This document shows, piece after piece, positions 1 through 12,679 of a stretch of 64,000 bases of DNA. Position numbers and translations under genes: made by a program. The notes under the pieces were generated by a model, which was not told the origin of the DNA, ran no database searches, and saw only the letters and a list, made by a program, of their open reading frames with translations. Source of the DNA: Takakia lepidozioides (taxonomy: Eukaryota > Plantae > Bryophyta); NCBI GenBank assembly GCA_030704615.1, contig CM060733.1, forward strand, positions 44,268,001-44,332,000. Direction: 5' to 3'. How positions within the stretch are numbered: position 1 is the first letter of the stretch; each line of letters opens with the position of its first letter.

Positions 1-3000
1 TCCTGGGACAATGGTTGGAGCCTCGATGGGAGAGATATAAAGGGAAAGGTCTCCGGTTCAAATCTGGTCATAGGCTTTGTGGAAAAATAATGATTAGACT
101 TAGATGACATTGGACACTTGGGCCAACGGCAAAGGCTACCCTAGAGGTCGCATTTGGGCCTCGATATAGGAGACGCATTGGATACATAGGAAATTGCACT
201 TTGTATTAGATTTTCAATTCTTCACACATGGGCCAAATGTACAGGCTATCCTAGAGGTCACACTTGGGCCTCGACATAGGAGACGCATTGGGATACACAT
301 ATGATTTTACACTTGGATTTAGACTTGACACTTGGGCCCACGACACATGCTACCCTAGAGGTCACATTTGGGCCTCGACACTTGGATATAGAGAGGATTG
401 CACTTGGACTTAGATGACATTGGACACTTGGGCCAACGACAAATGCTACCCTAAAGGTTGCATTTGGGCCTCAACATAGGAGACGCACTTTGATACATAG
501 GGGATTGCACTTGGACTTAGATGACACTGGACACTTGGGCCAACGGCACATGCTACCCTAGTATAAATGAAGTCAGTTTGTTTGTTTGTTTGTTTTGTAG
601 CGTTGAGATGTCCCAAACCGCGAGGCCCTGGCGAGGGTGCTTGGTCCTATTGGAAAGCCCTCGACGAGGAGGGTGTGCACGGGCTTGGTCTCACAATTTT
701 TGGACTTGCGGTGCGGGGGATGTGGAATTTCAAGTACTTTGGGTTGCTGGAAATTCATGAAAAATTGCAAAGTGGGCATTCATGGGACAATGGTTGGAGC
801 CTCGACAAGAGAGATATAAAGGGAAAGGTCTCCGGTTCAAGTCTGGTCGTAGGCAATGTGGAAAAAAAATGCATTTGGACGTAGATGACATTGGACACTT
901 GGGCCAATGGCACACGCTACCCTAGAGACGGGAGATATATCAATAACGATATTCATGAAAAATAAAATAAAAATGGGGCCTTGACATTGGAGATGTACTT
1001 GGATACATAGGAGATTGCACATTGGGCTTAGATGGGCCTCGACATAGGAGACGCACATGGGAGACGCCCTTGGATACATAGGATATCGCACTTGGGCTTA
1101 GACGACAGTGGACACTTGGGCCTCTACATGAGATGCACTTGGATACATAGAAGATTGCACTTGGGCAAAGTGGGCTTTCCTAGAGCAACCATTGGCGCGT
1201 CACGTGGGAGATTTGGAATTTCAAGTCCTTTTGATCGCTGGAAAGTCGCAAAAAATAGCAAAGTGGATATATCAATATATGAAACCTCGACAGGGGAGAT
1301 TGCCAAAATATCAAAGTGGGCAATGACATAGATATTGTTGGAACAATGACGTGGAGATCTCCCAAACTGTAGGGTCTCTGGATGCATAGGGGATTACACT
1401 TGGACTTAGATGACATTAGACACTGGAGGTCGCACTTGGGCCTCTACATGTGAGACGCACTTGGATACATAGGAGATTTGCAATCAATATATGAAGGGAG
1501 ACGTTTGTTTTGTTTTGCTTTGTTTTGTAACGTCGTTGAGATCTCCCAAACCGCGGGCCCCAGCGCGGGTGCTTGTTGCCTTTGGAAAGCCCTCGATGAG
1601 GAGGGGTGCACCGGCTTGGTCTCATGATTTTTGGACCAGCGGTGAGGGAGATGTGGAATTCCAAGTACTTTTGGTCGCTGGAAATTCACAAAAAATAACA
1701 AAAATGGCAAAGTGGGCATTCCCGGGACAATGGTTGGAGCCCCGACGGGAGAGATATAAAGGGAAAGGTCTCCAGTTCAAATCTGGTCGTAGGCTCTGTG
1801 GAAAAAAAAACTTACTTAAATGACATTGGACACTTGGGCCAACGACAAAGGCTACCCTAGAGGTTGCATTTGGCACAAGCTACCCTAGAGGAGGAAATTC
1901 AGGAAAAATAGCAAAGTGGGCTTTCCTGGGGCAGTGATTGGCCCTTCATGTGGGAGATTTGGAATTTCAAGTGTTTTTGGTCACTGGAAATTCACGAGCA
2001 AAGTGCATATATCAATATATGAGGCCTCGACACGGGAGATTGCAGTGGGCTTTCGGATTGCACTTGGACTTAGGTGACATTGGACACTAGAGGTCGCACT
2101 TTGGCCTCTACATGGGAGATGCACATGGATACATAGGAGATAGCACTTGGGCTTAGATTTTCAATTCTTCACACATGGGCCAATGACACAAGCTACCCTA
2201 GATCTCCCAAACAGTGGGGTCTTTGGATACATAGGGGATTGCACTTGGACATAGATGACACTGGACACTTGGGCCAACGGCACAAGCTACATCTATGAAG
2301 CAAGACATTTGTTTTGTTTTGTCACGTTGCGATGTCTCAAAATTGCAAGGCCCCAGCGCTGGTGCTTGGTACCGTTGGAAAGCCCTCAACAAGGAGGGGT
2401 GCACGGGCTTGGTCTCACGATTTTTGGACCTGCGGTGTGGAAGATACGGAATTCCAAGTACTTTTGGTCGCTGGAAATTCACAAAAAATAGCAAAAATGG
2501 CAAAGTGGGCATTCCAGGACAATGGTTGGAGCCTCGACGGGAGAGATATCAAAGGAAAGGTCTCCGGTTCAAATCTGGTCGTAGGCTCTCTGATAAAAAA
2601 GAAATGATTAGATATGGGATTGCACTTGGACACTTGGGCCTGTACATAGGAGATGCATTTGGATACATGAATAAAAGATTGCACTTGGGCTTAGATTTCA
2701 ATTCTTCACACATGGGCCAACGGCATAGGCTACACTAGAGGTCGCACTTGGGCCTCGACATAGGAGACCCACTTGGATACATAAGAAATTGAGCTTAGAT
2801 TTCAATTCTTCACACATAGGCCTTGACATAGGAGACGCTACTTGAATGCATAGGGGATTGCACTTGGACTTAGATCTCAATTCTTAACACATGGGCCAAT
2901 GGCGCAGGCTACCCTAGGCCTAGATCTCCCAAACATGAGGGTCTCTAGATACATAAGGGATACATAGGGTATAGGCTCCTAGAGGTTCCACTTGGGCCTC

Positions 3001-4610
3001 GACATAGGAGACGCACTGGGATACATATAAGTTGGACTTAGATGACACTTGACACTTGGGCCCATGGCACATGTTACCCTAGAGGTCGCATTTGGGCCTT
3101 GACATAGGAAACCACTTGGATACAAAGAGGATTGCACTTGGACTTAGATGACATTGGACACTTGGGCCAAGGGCACAGGCTACCCTAGTATTGATATGAA
3201 GCGAGACTTTTGTTTTGTTTTGTTTCGTTTTGTAGCGTTAAGATGTCACAACCCGCGGGGGGCTGACCTTGGTGCTTGGTACCGTTGGAAAGCCCTCGAT
3301 GAGGAGGGGTGCACCGGCTTTGATCTCATGAATTTTGGACCTACAGTGTGGGAGATGTCGAATTTCAAATACTTTCGGTCGCTGAAAATTCGCGAAAAAT
3401 AGCAAAGTGGGCTTTCTTGGGACAATGACCGGAGCCTTGACCGGAGATAATATATCAATAATGATTGGATATATTACTACTCACTTAATTCATGGAAAAA
3501 AAAAATTGGGCCTTGACATGGGAGACGTACTTGGATACATAGGAGATTGCACTTCGGCTTAGATGACGACACTTGGGCCTCTACATGGGAGATGCACTTG
3601 GATACATGAATAAAAGATTGCACTTGGGTTTAGACTTCAATTCTTCACACATGGGCTTCAACATACATAAGAGATTGCACTTGGACTTAGATGACACTGG
3701 ACAATTGGGTCAACGGCATAGGCTACCCTAGTTGGGCTTATATGACAGTGTGGGAGATGCACTTGGATACATAGAAGATTGAAATTGGGCTTAGATGGGC
3801 CTTGATATAAGAGACGCATTGGGATACATAGGAAATTGCACTTGGTCTTAGATTTCAATTCTTCACACATGGGCCAACGGCACAGGCTACCCTAGTCAAT
3901 ATATGAAGGAAGCCAGTTTGTTTTGTTTTGTCACGTTGAGATGTCCCAAACCGCGAGGCCCTAGCCTTGGTGCTTGGTACCGTTGGAAAGCCCTCGACGA
4001 GGAGGGATGCAGGGGCTTGCTCTCATCATTTTTGGACGTGCAGTGTGGGAGATGTGGAATTTCAAGTACTTTGGGTCGCTGAAAATTCACGAAATTAGGC
4101 AAAGTGGGCATTCTTGGACAATGGTTGGAGCCTCGACAAGAGAGATATCAAAGGATTTAAGGTCTTCGGTTCAAATCTGGTCGTAGGCTCTGTGGAGAGA
4201 AAATGATGAGGTATGGCTAAGTACTTTTTGTGGTTGGACAATGATTGGAGCCTCGACAAGGGAGATATCAAGGGAAAGGTCTCCGGTTCAAATCTGGTCG
4301 TAGGCTCTGTGGAAAAAGAATGCATGTGGACTTTGATGACATTGGACACCGGGGCCAACAACACATGCTACCCTAGAGACGGATACATAGAAGATTGCAC
4401 TTGGGCTTAGATGGGCCTCGACATAGGAGACGCACTGGGATACATAGGAAATTACACTTGTCTTAGATTTCAATTCTTCACACATGGGCCAACGACACAT
4501 ACTACCCTAGAGGTCGCACTTGGGCCTCAACATAGGAGACGTTTGAGTACGTAGGAGATTGCACTTGGGCTTAGATGACATTGGACACTTCAGAACGGCA
4601 CATGCTACCA
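1..4610. repeat. Complex degenerate satellite with short units and an interspersed ~300-bp unit
   Basis: Dozens of copies of ttggatacataggagattgcacttgggcttagatgacattggacacttgggccaa. A longer block (ttggaaagccctcgacgaggaggg...ggaatttcaagtac...ggtctccggttcaaatctggtcgtaggc) recurs near 570, 1495, 2300, 3200 and 3910. The many short ORFs here are repeat artefacts. Confidence 0.9.
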
Positions 4611-5639
4611 CAGGCCGCTTCCTTGATGGAGATACCTACATCAGTGATGCCAGACGCTTTGAAGGTGTGCATGCACAATGCATAGACAAAAGACCACATT
4701 CACTTAGCTAGTGAACAGGACAGGTCTTCCACAGGGACACAGTTATATGCTGGGTCACCCATGCCACCGCAGCCCTGCGCAACTTACTATTGATAACGTC
4801 TAGAAGAAAGCTTGTGTCTCTTGAATTAGACATAGAGCTCTTCTTAGGATTGAATTCTGGAACCTGCATTAGGCTACCTTCTCTGACACTATCATAAATT
4901 CACATCAATAGACAACGACATACTCACAGTGTCACATATTCATATTACCAGACCATATCCATTAACAAGTATGGAAAAGCATTGGAAATGGACCCATAAA
5001 ATCACCAAAATCTGTCTGAGGTGTGGCGACTTTTGTCAATGCCTTGAGGGGTGTGCGCACAGTGGCAGGCAGAAGGTACATGTTCCGAACATCTGCAGAT
5101 GTAACTTCCAGGGGAAGAGGGCAACCTGTAGAGCACCATAGACACGCCAAGCCTCATATCGCTTCATCTCATTGGGTTGACTGTCAGGGCTTAGCTCGGG
5201 GGCTAGCAAATGAAGGTATAGCTCCAAATTCAGCAGGACTAATAACAAGCGCACCTACCATCCATCCACATTACCTTCTGTCATTGAGGACTAGTTCTGC
5301 CATCATTAATCAATAGAGTGACACAAGTTCCTGCCAAATAACTGTCCATCAATTCAAACCAGGGAAAATACCAATGTGTATGTGACTTATGAAGGCCAAA
5401 TGTGTTGCACCAGACAGTTTAGCTAACATTCTCTCCCCATCCTAATCCATTTGACAAAACGCTCGCTTACCCCCAACTTGCACAATTTTCACTGCACGCC
5501 ACAAATTCACTGAGAAGGCACAGACACAGACAAACACAGACCTACTAGACGGACAGCAACTCCCCCCTTTCCAACATTACACATATATGAGTGAACAACT
5601 AGTGCACAATTTACAAGTGATCATCTACAAGTAGGGGCC

Positions 5640-6609
5640 TTTGGCAGCCCAATCACGAGAGCTTCCACTTCCGCACTCAGCTCCTGCCAGAATGATTGTC
5701 TTTTCCTTCCTCCATATACCTCTGCAGGATGTCCACTCAAAAGTTGCCAACAAACAATCAACACCTTTGGAGATTCACACAAGACATGGTAGTGAAGGTA
5801 CGTATACGTATGTAGGAGCCGAGGAGAACTCCCGGCTACATTTGCATTGGTACATAGAAAAAAAGAAGTTGCTGAGTGCTCTTCCCCGGGCATACTTTCA
5901 TCTCTTGAAGTTTCAAGTGTTGAAAGTACACAACGGGGAACTGCACTTTTCATTTCCACCTGTTCTACATGGAAAATAAGTTAGCAACCAAGGGCCTGAC
6001 AAACTTACATGTGGTGCAGATTTCTACAAAGCTGCAACCTGCTTACAAAAATCTAAATCATACAGTTCTCCTGCTCAGAGTATAGCAATTACAGTTGCCA
6101 GGAGGCCTCTTCTTTTGCTACCTTTTTGCAATAGATGTTGATGTAATGAGCCTCAACTGCAGCAGCAACTGAGTCTGTATGCTTGAAGGTGACCAATCCA
6201 AAGCCACGGGACTGAATATGATGCCCCACCTGACTTCCCATCATGACTGCATCCAGGACTGGCCCATATTTGTCTTTGAAGAACTCCCGCAAGTCACCTG
6301 TACATTCTTTCCTTCGCATGTAATGATATAACCACACTAGGTCCATTGTGAAGTTTGCAAGAAGCAAACGTTCAGCAGCTCGTGCAAATGGAAGATCGCC
6401 TGAAGTGTCAGGCAGTTGGCAGGTGAACTATGGAGCACATAGGTCCTCACATATGTGTGTAATTGAACAACTAGCAAATGCAGCACTAAATTTGGTGCAC
6501 CATGCAAGGAGTGACACCAGTAAAGTGGTCAGGCATGGATCTTACCAGACTCCACAGAGGGTGACAGACCTCCAACAAAGACTTTCTTGCTTAAATCCTC
6601 TGTTACACT
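5640..6609 (-). CDS. RRM-domain RNA-binding protein (partial spliced model, possibly pseudogene)
   Basis: GT-AG exons 6609-6546 ([11 protein letters not shown]2), 6297-6122 (DLREFF...[12 protein letters not shown]1) and 5959 onward (VEMKSAVPR) splice in frame. 5' and 3' ends not resolved. Confidence 0.65.
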
Positions 6610-7529
6610 CTGTATGTTTGAACAACAATGCATGAATTGAGCATGTGCTTACTGAATAGAAGCTGACCCAAAGATATCACTGACTCCCAAATTGGTACAC
6701 TGTTCCAGCCAGTTGCAGCATGGCAGTTTCCATGTCTCCAAGAACAGGAGCTTTGGTTTCGGGATGCATGAATAACATGAGGAGTCACCCAGAGCTTTGA
6801 AATTAGAAGTACAGTGCACTTCTAACGACATCTGTTAGAAAGATTTAGGATTTAGGGTTTAGGGGTTGTGTTTGGCATGCTAGATGGAGTTCCCTTACTG
6901 CAGTATGTGAGGGTACCTTGATTCCTCCATGTTTCGCTATGGGGGCTTGGTGTCTGTCCACTGATAGGCCCTTTATCCGTCCAAAATTTTCCTACGCGTG
7001 GGCATAAAACCACTTTTCTGTGAGAACGCATCCTCCCGGCATTGTAGAGTAGCGGCACAGTTCTGTCTCTCCTAGTTTCGAGAGAGCTTTCTTCCACGCC
7101 ATCTCTGCCTCCACGCACCTCATCTGCAAGCAGACAATTCTGATGAAAAGCCCTAATGTCTATAAATTACTCCGTGACCCATCGCAAGTGGAAGACACAT
7201 TTGTGTCAGTGACCGTCCAAAATGCTTTCAATAGGCCACACAAAATTCAGAGGCACCGCTAGGAGCCATCAGAACGGCACGACGACGAACCGGTGGTCGA
7301 TGTAGGGCCCTGACCCCTGCCACCTTGGAAGAGCATAGTAATATCCTTGTTGAAAGTTCGGTAATTCTTGAGCAGAGTTTGGAGTTCGTTGTTCCTCATC
7401 GTGTAGAGCCCAATGGAGCCGAAAACAACTTGCATGAATGTTGTTGAAAGCTCACTAGCACCCCTCAGTAAAGAACCATGTCAACATGTTGATGCTGTCG
7501 GATTTTCTATCACAAACCTCTTCCTTGGA

Positions 7530-10500
7530 GCACGGAGCAGAGCTGGCATGAGTTTTTTAAAGATCCTTCACGATGGTGGGACAACCGCAATCGCAAGGTG
7601 TGGCTTTTTCTTAATGTACGATGTGAAGAAGTTTGTCCATCCTGCAAATGTGGGCGCTTGGCTCCTGCTAGTACCATGATTTGGTTTTCTTCTTGATGTT
7701 TACAAGGTTCTTGGGAGAGTCAGCTTGGTCTTAGCAGGCCGTGTTTCAACCTCTGCCTGCTCATCTGCACCCTGGTGGTTCTTACAGACCAATCCGAGAT
7801 TACCTGACTACAGACACAAGCAGCACACACAAGAGGTCCTTTTGGGTTGATGGTCGGTCAAACCCTCCATGGGTCATGACACAAGGTCAAGGACAATGTG
7901 GTGAGGGCACCTTCTTCTTCGACCTACTTCAGCCTGTTTTGCACTCTCATCAGACTCGGCCCAGAATTTGCATATTGATTATGGTGTCTGCATCCAAGTT
8001 GTAGCTTGCCATATGTTGCATTGGATCTGTGGTGGTTTGGAATGAATTTGACAAGTTAGTGCCGATGTGGCAGCAGGAAAGTATCCAAAAACACATAACA
8101 GAGACGAGGAGAGGCTTTGGAATGAACATTTCTCCGACGACAGTCAATGGTGGGACAATGGAGACAAAAAGGTGAATGCCTGTTGGAAGCCGATGCAAGT
8201 CAGCATAGGAACTAGTGTGTTAAGTATGGTCGGGGTGTTTGCTGGAAGAATTCTAGGCTGTCACTGTCTGTTGCTAGCAGCAAGGCAAGGATGTATGCAT
8301 GATTTGTGCAGAGGCATGGGTAGCTGAAGGAGCAGGGATGGAGTGTGGGTCCAGATTCATCCAAGAGGGCCAGATTTCAAACACGAGATTACCTATGATT
8401 CCCTGTGGATCAATAGCTACAAGAAACCTGCATGGGTAGATGGTCAACTAGAAGCCGCAGCAGCAGCGGCACAATTGATAAAATCAGGCACTGCCAATGA
8501 AGGCACCTCCTTCAACACATTTCACCCTGTTCTTCCCTCTTATCAAAACCGGCCCTAAATTTTCATGTTGAATTCTGCAAGTTAGCTGGTTGAGTGAACC
8601 TTTGATAGTTTGGAGTGACTTTGACATGATACTGCCAATGTGACAACAGGAAAGTATCCAGAAACAGGTAACAGAGACGAGGAGAAGCTGTGGAAAGAAT
8701 GCTTTTCTGACCCCAGTCAATGGTGGGACAATCAAGGCAAAAAGGTGGATGCCTGTTGGATTACAGAGAGTAGCAGACGCAGTGAGCATAGGAACTAGTG
8801 TGATAAGCTGAGTTGGGTGTTCCCTAGAACAAATCTAGGCTGTCATTATCAGCTGCTAGCAGCAAGGCAAGGATGTATGCATGATTTGTGCAGAGGCATG
8901 GATAGCTGAAGGAGTGTGGGTACAGATTCATCCAAGAGCACCAGATTTCAAGCACAAGATTACCTATGATTCCCTGTGGATCAATAGCTACAAGAAACCC
9001 GCATGGGTAGATGGTCAACTAAAGGCAGCAGCTGCAGCGGAACAGTTGATAAAATCAGGCACCTCAACCATGACCACAGCTTCTGGAAGAGGATCAAGAG
9101 AGGGAGTCCACAATGTCTCTTCTGGCACTTCTGGGCATGTGAAGATGCTTTGTGAGGCAGGCAGACTGAAAGAGGCTCTACAGACTTTAAACCAAGGAGG
9201 CATTTTAGCAGATTCAGAAACGTATGTCTGTCTCTTGCATAAGTGCATCAAGGTGAAAGGCCTGGAAGCTGGAAAGCAGGTGCACACTCACATTATCCAA
9301 AGTGGATTCACGCCAAATGTTTTTCTCCTCAACACCCTTGTCAACATGTATGTTAAGTGCGGGAGCATCATGGATGCTCACCAAGTGTTCAACAGAATGC
9401 CTCAACGATCTTTGATCACGTGGAATATAATGTTGGCAGGATTTACCAAGCATGGGTGTGGTAGGAATGCTTTGGAGACCTATGAGCAAATGATGGGGGA
9501 AGGGGTGAAGCCCAACCACATCACGTTTGTGTGCGTTTGCAGTGCGTGTGCAAGCCTGGCAGCCCTGGAAAAGGGCAAAGAGGTGCATGGCGACATCGTC
9601 AGAGCTGGAATCGTACCAGATGTCATCCTGAACAATACCCTGGTGGACATGTATGCCAAATGTGGGAGCATCAAGCATGCAAAGGGAGTGTTCGACAATA
9701 TGGCTGAACGAAATGTGGTGTCATGGAGTGCAATGCTTGCAGGGTATGCACAGCAGGGGCGCGGGATGGAGGCTTTGGAGACCTATGAGCAAATGATGGG
9801 GGAAGGGGTGAAGCCCGATCACATCACGTTTGTGTGCGTTTGCAGTGCGTGTGCAAGCCTGGCAGCCCTGGAAAAGGGCAAAGAGGTGCATGGCGACATC
9901 GTCAGAGCTGGAATCGTACCAGATGTCATCCTGAACACTGCCCTGGTGGACATGTATGCCAAATGTGGGAGCATCGAGGATGCAAAGGGAGTGTTCGACA
10001 ATATGGCTGAACGAAATGTGGTGTCGTGGAATGCAATGCTCGCAGGGTATGCACAGCAGGGGCGCGGGATGGAGGCTTTGGAGACCTATGAGCAAATGAT
10101 GTGCGAAGGGGTGAAGCCCGACCAAATCACGTTTGTGTGCGTTTGCAGCGCGTGTGCAAGCCTGGCAGCCCTGGAAAAGGGCAAAGAGGTGCATGGCGAC
10201 ATCGTCAGAGCTGGAATCGTACCAGATGTGATCCTGAACACTGCCCTGGTGGACATGTATGCCAAATGTGGGAGCATCGAGGATGCAAAGGGAGTGTTCG
10301 ACAATATGGCTGAACGAAATGTGGTGTCGTGGAGTGCGATGCTCGCAAGGTATGCACAGCAGGGGCGCGGGATGGAGGCTTTGGAGACCTATGAGCAAAT
10401 GATGGGGGAAGGGGTGAAGCCTGACCACATCACGTTTGTGTGCGTTTGCAGCGCATGTGCAAGCCTGGCAGCCCTGGAAAAGGGCAAAGAGGTGCATGGC

Positions 10501-11547
10501 GACATCGTCAGAGCTGGAATCGTACCAGATGTGATCCTGAACACTGCCCTGGTGGACATGTATGCCAAATGTGGGAGCATCGAGGATGCAAAGGGAGTGT
10601 TCGACAATATGGCTGAACGAGATGTGGTGTCGTGGAACGCGATGCTCGCAGGATATGCACAGCATGGTTGTCATAGGGAGGTCGTGCAACTATTTGAAGG
10701 AATGCAAAAGAACGGCTTGAAGCCGGACAGTATCACCTTTATGTGTGTTCTCTCTGCATGCAGCCACGCTGGCCTACTGAATGAAGGAAGACGCTACTTT
10801 GATTCCCTGAGTCAAGATCATGGTGTCACTCCGACAGTAAAGCACTTTGGCTGCATGGTGGACCTTCTTGGACGTGCGGGACAACTGGATGAGGCAGTGG
10901 ACCTGATTAATAAAATGCCCATCAATCCAGATGCTGTCGTGTGGAAGGCCTTGCTTGGTGCCTGCAGAATCCATGGCAATGTGGAGATGGCTGAACGTGC
11001 AGCAACATCTATCCTCATGTGGGATGAACAGGATGCCGCGACTTATGTGTTGCTCTCAAACATCTATGCTGCAGCTGGCAGGTGGGATGATACTGCAAAG
11101 GTGAGAAGAATGATGAAGGTCAAAGGGGTTAGAAAGGAGCCAGGTCGCTGCTGCATTGAGGTTGGCGACAGGGTGCACACCTTCGTTGTAGCTGACAAGT
11201 TGCATCCCAGAATTAAGGAAATCCATGCTGAGCTCAGAAGATTGTCTGGGCAGATGAAGAAGGCGGGCTATGTGCCTGACACGCGCTTTGTATTGCATGA
11301 TGTGGGGGAGGAGGAAAAGGAATTTTCTCTTTGCCACCACAGTGAGAAGCTGGCCATTGGTTTTGGGCTGATCAGCACGACCCCCAGGACGCCTCTCCGT
11401 CTCATCAAGAATCTTCGAGTGTGTGGTGACTGCCACACCTCCACCAAATTCATCTCAAAGATTGTTGGCCGAGCAATTGTTGTACGGGATGCTAACCGCT
11501 TTCACCACTTTGAAGATGGGATTTGTTCTTGTGGGGATTACTGGTGA
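7530..11547 (+). CDS. PLS-class PPR-E1-E2-DYW C-to-U editing factor with three N-terminal OSB-type PDF motifs
   Basis: Main exon 8926-11547 encodes L-S-(P-L-S)4-P2-L2-S2-E1-E2-DYW with PG box KEPG, HSEKLA, CGDCH and terminal DYW. Upstream exons ~7530-7597, 7788-7900, 8077-8171, 8355-~8500 and 8650-8744 encode W..F.DPS.WWDN..KK|.HPR.PDFKHK.T..SLW...P.WV. The first motif has a 1-nt frameshift near 7825, one intron needs a GC donor, and no start codon was identified. Confidence 0.88.
9415..10660 (+). repeat. Near-identical 303-bp tandem PLS triplets inside the PPR gene
   Basis: 101-aa P-L-S units repeat at a 303-nt period with very high nucleotide identity. Confidence 0.9.
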
Positions 11548-12679
11548 AAGGATGTTTTCCTGGAAAGATGCGAGTGTCTTGCTCCATTCAGTGATCTGTG
11601 TAATTACTCAGATCATCCACCATTTCCTGAGAGTATTGACCCATGATGTACTGTTGAGTGCATTTCCTGTGGCATATCCACGGGAAATGATAGTGGGGTC
11701 TACCCTGCCTAGGTGGGAAGTCAGCCCATAATTGCACTTGACTGAAGGGGTGATTCTGGACTGACTTTGGTGACAGTAGATGGAAATCAGAGTGCTGTCC
11801 TAATTCTGGGTTTGGGTGGTGGAGCTTCTCCAAAGCTTGAAGATGGAAGTGAATACGAATTCTGATGAGCTTGATTAGGCAGCACTGTGCACAAGTTTGT
11901 TCAGCATCTTAAATTTGCAGATGTTTGTTTGTTTCTTGTGGTGTGGCTTTGGATGGAGCCCTTGACGAACTTGCATGAATATTGTCAAAAGCTATCCTTA
12001 ACCCACCAAGATCCAATCCCATGGTGGCTACTTGAAAGTTTCATATAGTGATTGTAAGGGTATTTGGGTATGTTGTTATTGATTGATGCCGCTTGACTCC
12101 CCCCCAATAAGTGATACTGCCAGTGTCGGTCCACCGACGCAGGTCTCTATCGCTCGTGTGACTCCCAGTGTTCTCAGTAACTACTTGAGCTGCATGGGTA
12201 CCTTGAAAAAACATGTAGATATCTAGATCCTGGGAATAATGAGAGGAAGATATACTTTACTGCTCCTTTGGCTGTGAAGGCACGGTCATCAGAAGGACTT
12301 GTAGCGAGTTGTGGTGTGATGCTCAATTGTTGCGCAAAGGGTTGGGATTTTTGTTTCCTCACATGCAAGTGTTGGGATAAAGTAAGCATCTAGGAATAAT
12401 GCCTCTCAAGTTTGCGGGCGCCCTATCCATTAGAGGATGGTCCAGGAATTAAAAAGGGAGATAGATGTATCTTAGCTGCACAAAAATTAAAATCGACTAA
12501 AAGGAGTTGACATCTGCGAGTTTGTCTGAAACTTATGAAGCCGGTGGTAAGCGGCATTGGCCCCACGTAGCTGGTGGATGTGGGGAAGAACGTTGTAGAA
12601 TAGAGAACGTTCTAGAGGGAACCGGGAAAGTGTTTCCGTAGTCGCGCCAGAACTCTCCCACCGTAGTGGACAATACCAA

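Noticed and set aside
1-4610. CRISPR-like array
   Set aside because: Units are degenerate and shuffled with no unique spacers or cas genes; context is eukaryotic.
9214-11453. Long antisense ORFs over the PPR genes (also 60908-63649)
   Set aside because: Shadows of repetitive sense coding sequence with no independent motifs.
11130-11547. U-to-C (DYW:KP-type) editor
   Set aside because: Canonical PG box, HSEKLA and terminal DYW indicate the standard C-to-U type.
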